Assembly (NCBI RefSeq): GCF_021869535.1
Contig: NW_026262723.1
Coordinates: 40,424,001 to 40,488,000 of the forward strand
DNA length: 64,000 bases
Source of the DNA: Mytilus californianus
Taxonomy: Eukaryota
Direction of reading: 5' to 3'
This document shows positions 61,698 through 64,000 of the stretch, one piece after another. The notes under the pieces are model-generated. The model searched no databases and was not told where the DNA came from. It saw nothing but the letters and a program-made list of their open reading frames with translations. Made by a program: the position numbers and the translations under genes. Position 1 is the first letter of the stretch. Every line of letters starts with the position of its first letter.

Positions 61698-64000
61698 TGG
61701 TATGAGTGCCAATGAGATAACTCTCCATCAAAGTCACAATTTGTAACAGTAAACTATTATAGGTCAAAGTACGGCCTTCAACACGGAGCCTTGGCTCACA
61801 CCGAACAGCAAGCTATAAAGGTCCTAAAAAATTACTAGTGTAGAACCATTCAAACAGGAAAACCAACGGTCTAATCTATATAAAAAATGAGAAACGAGAA
61901 ACACTTATGAACCACATCAACAAACGACAACCACTGAACATCAGGTGCAAACAAATGCAGCGGGTTTAAACGTTTTAATAGGCGCCAACCTTCACCCTAC
62001 CTGAAACAATAGTGTAACATCACAACATAAAAAGACACACTATAAAATATCAATTGAAATGGCTTAACTCAATCAAAAAACATATTAACAAAAACAAGTG
62101 AACATACACTGAACGAATAAATTTGATCTATGCCACAATTTAAATACAAAATTAATAAAAAACAAGGGGGTTAGATGTAAAACAGTATCATAAAGACAAC
62201 CATAATCTTGGACAAAATGTCGCCAAATAAAATAACGTACACAGGTAAATAAAAATAATTTTGTTGTAAGGTATACATGGAGTACGTAGTACGAGAACAA
62301 AAGTGAAAATTTATCGTCATACTAAACACTTATCAAAGGTGGTATATATTAAAAATAGTAAGACTAGATATAACACTAAATAAGTAAACATTAAATAACA
62401 AAAATACATTACAAATTGTATTAACAGGTCAAATTAACACGAAAGTACGATTTGAAAGTATTCGCAGTTACTGAAAGCTGGTTAAAAGCCAAAAACAATT
62501 AATAATAAAACATCATGCATCAGAGACTAAACTCAACTAAAACACATCCCAGGGATTTAGTGTTTAAACGTCATGGACAGTCAAAGAAGACATGACTTGT
62601 GCAATGCCAAAATAAAAGTATAGACAGGCAGTAAGATAGTAAGGAGCTAACCTGTTAATAAATTTGTATAATGTAATATATAGATAGAGTAATCTATATA
62701 GAAAATGAACGTGGATGTGTATTTATACATCCCAAAAAACCGTTTGAAAAGAATACAAATTTAGTTATGTTTTAATTTGCTGATGACAACATCGATATTT
62801 GTGTCAATGTTAACTATATTCAAAGATCTAATTACAACATTGGTATGAGTGCCAATGAGACAACTCTCCATCCAAGTCACAATTTGTAACAGTAAACTAT
62901 TATAGGTCAAAGTACGGCCTTCAACACGGAGCCTTGGCTCACACCGAACAGCAAGCTATAAAGGTCCTAAAAAATTACTAGTGTAGAATCATTCAAACAG
63001 GAAAACCAACGGTCTAATCTATATAAAAAATGAGAAACGAGAAACACTTATGAACCACATCAACAAACGACAACCACTGAACATCAGGTGCAAACAAATG
63101 CAGCGGGTTTAAACGTTTTAATAGGCGCCAACCTTCACCCTACCTGAAACAATAGTGTAACATCACAACATAAAAAGACACACTATAAAATATCAATTGA
63201 AATGGCTTAACTCAATCAAAAAACATATTAACAAAAACAAGTGAACATACACTGAACGAATAAATTTGATCTATGCCACAATTTAAATACAAAATTAATA
63301 AAAAACAAGGGGGTTAGATGTAAAACAGTATCATAAAGACAACCATAATCTTGGACAAAATGTCGCCAAATAAAATAACGTACACAGGTAAATGAAAATA
63401 ATTTTGTTGTAAGGTATACATGGAGTACTTAGTACGAGAACAAAAGTGAAAATTTATCGTCATACTAAACACTTATCAAAGGTGGTATATATTAAAAATA
63501 GTAAGACTAGATATAACACTAAATAAGTAAACATTAAATAACAAAAATACATTACAAATTGTATCAACAGGTCAAATTAACACGAAAGTACGATTTGAGA
63601 GTATTCGCAGTTACTGAAAGCTAGTTAAAAGCCAAAAACAATTAATAATAAAACATCATGCATCAGAGACTAAAATCAACTAAAACACATCCCAGGGATT
63701 TAGTGTTTAAACGTCATGGACAGTCAAAGAAGACATGACTTGTGCAATGCCAAAATAAAAGTATAGACAGGCAGTAAGATAGTAAGGAGCTAACCTGTTA
63801 ATAAATTTGTATAATGTAATATATAGATAGAGTAATCTCTATATAGAAAATGAACGTGGATGTGTATTTATACATCCCAAAAAACCGTTTGAAAAGAATA
63901 CAAATTTAGTTATGTTTTAATTTGCTGATGACAACATCGATATTTGTGTCAATGTTAACTATATTCAAAGATCTAATTACAACATTGGTATGAGTGCCAA
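61698..64000 (-). repeat. Head-to-tail tandem array of a ~1.14-kb element (2 full units plus start of a third, continues off window)
   Basis: tggtatgagtgccaa at 61698, 62841 and 63986 (periods 1143 and 1145). The units differ at only a few positions. Confidence 0.95.

Overview
AT-rich eukaryotic DNA, not prokaryotic. The repeat families and gene content point to a bivalve mollusc, most likely a Mytilus mussel (inference). Positions 1-6867 hold the 3' part (exons 2-7) of an MMD/PAQR-family gene on the + strand. Its exon 2, at the window edge, carries an apparent -2/+2 frameshift. Positions ~16.8-64 kb hold a tandem cluster of five secreted single-domain C-type lectin (perlucin-like) loci on the + strand, reconstructed by hand from splice sites. 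Three have intact reading frames (CTL1, CTL3, CTL4), one is a pseudogene (CTL2), and one runs off the window (CTL5). They alternate between two subtypes (I-II-I-II-I). Each intact gene has a small terminal exon, absent from the ORF track, that adds a Gly-terminated tail (STESQIVG, STGSQIVG, VAG). It is spliced from a donor that overlaps an in-frame stop in two of the genes. The cluster shows signs of chimeric genes and a microhomology-flanked deletion. Introns and spacers are packed with Penelope-like retroelement fragments, hammerhead-ribozyme (retrozyme-type) repeats including one structurally intact ribozyme, MITEs, a SINE, a 17 x 100-bp minisatellite and a ~1.14-kb head-to-tail array. All gene models are manual and untested against transcripts.
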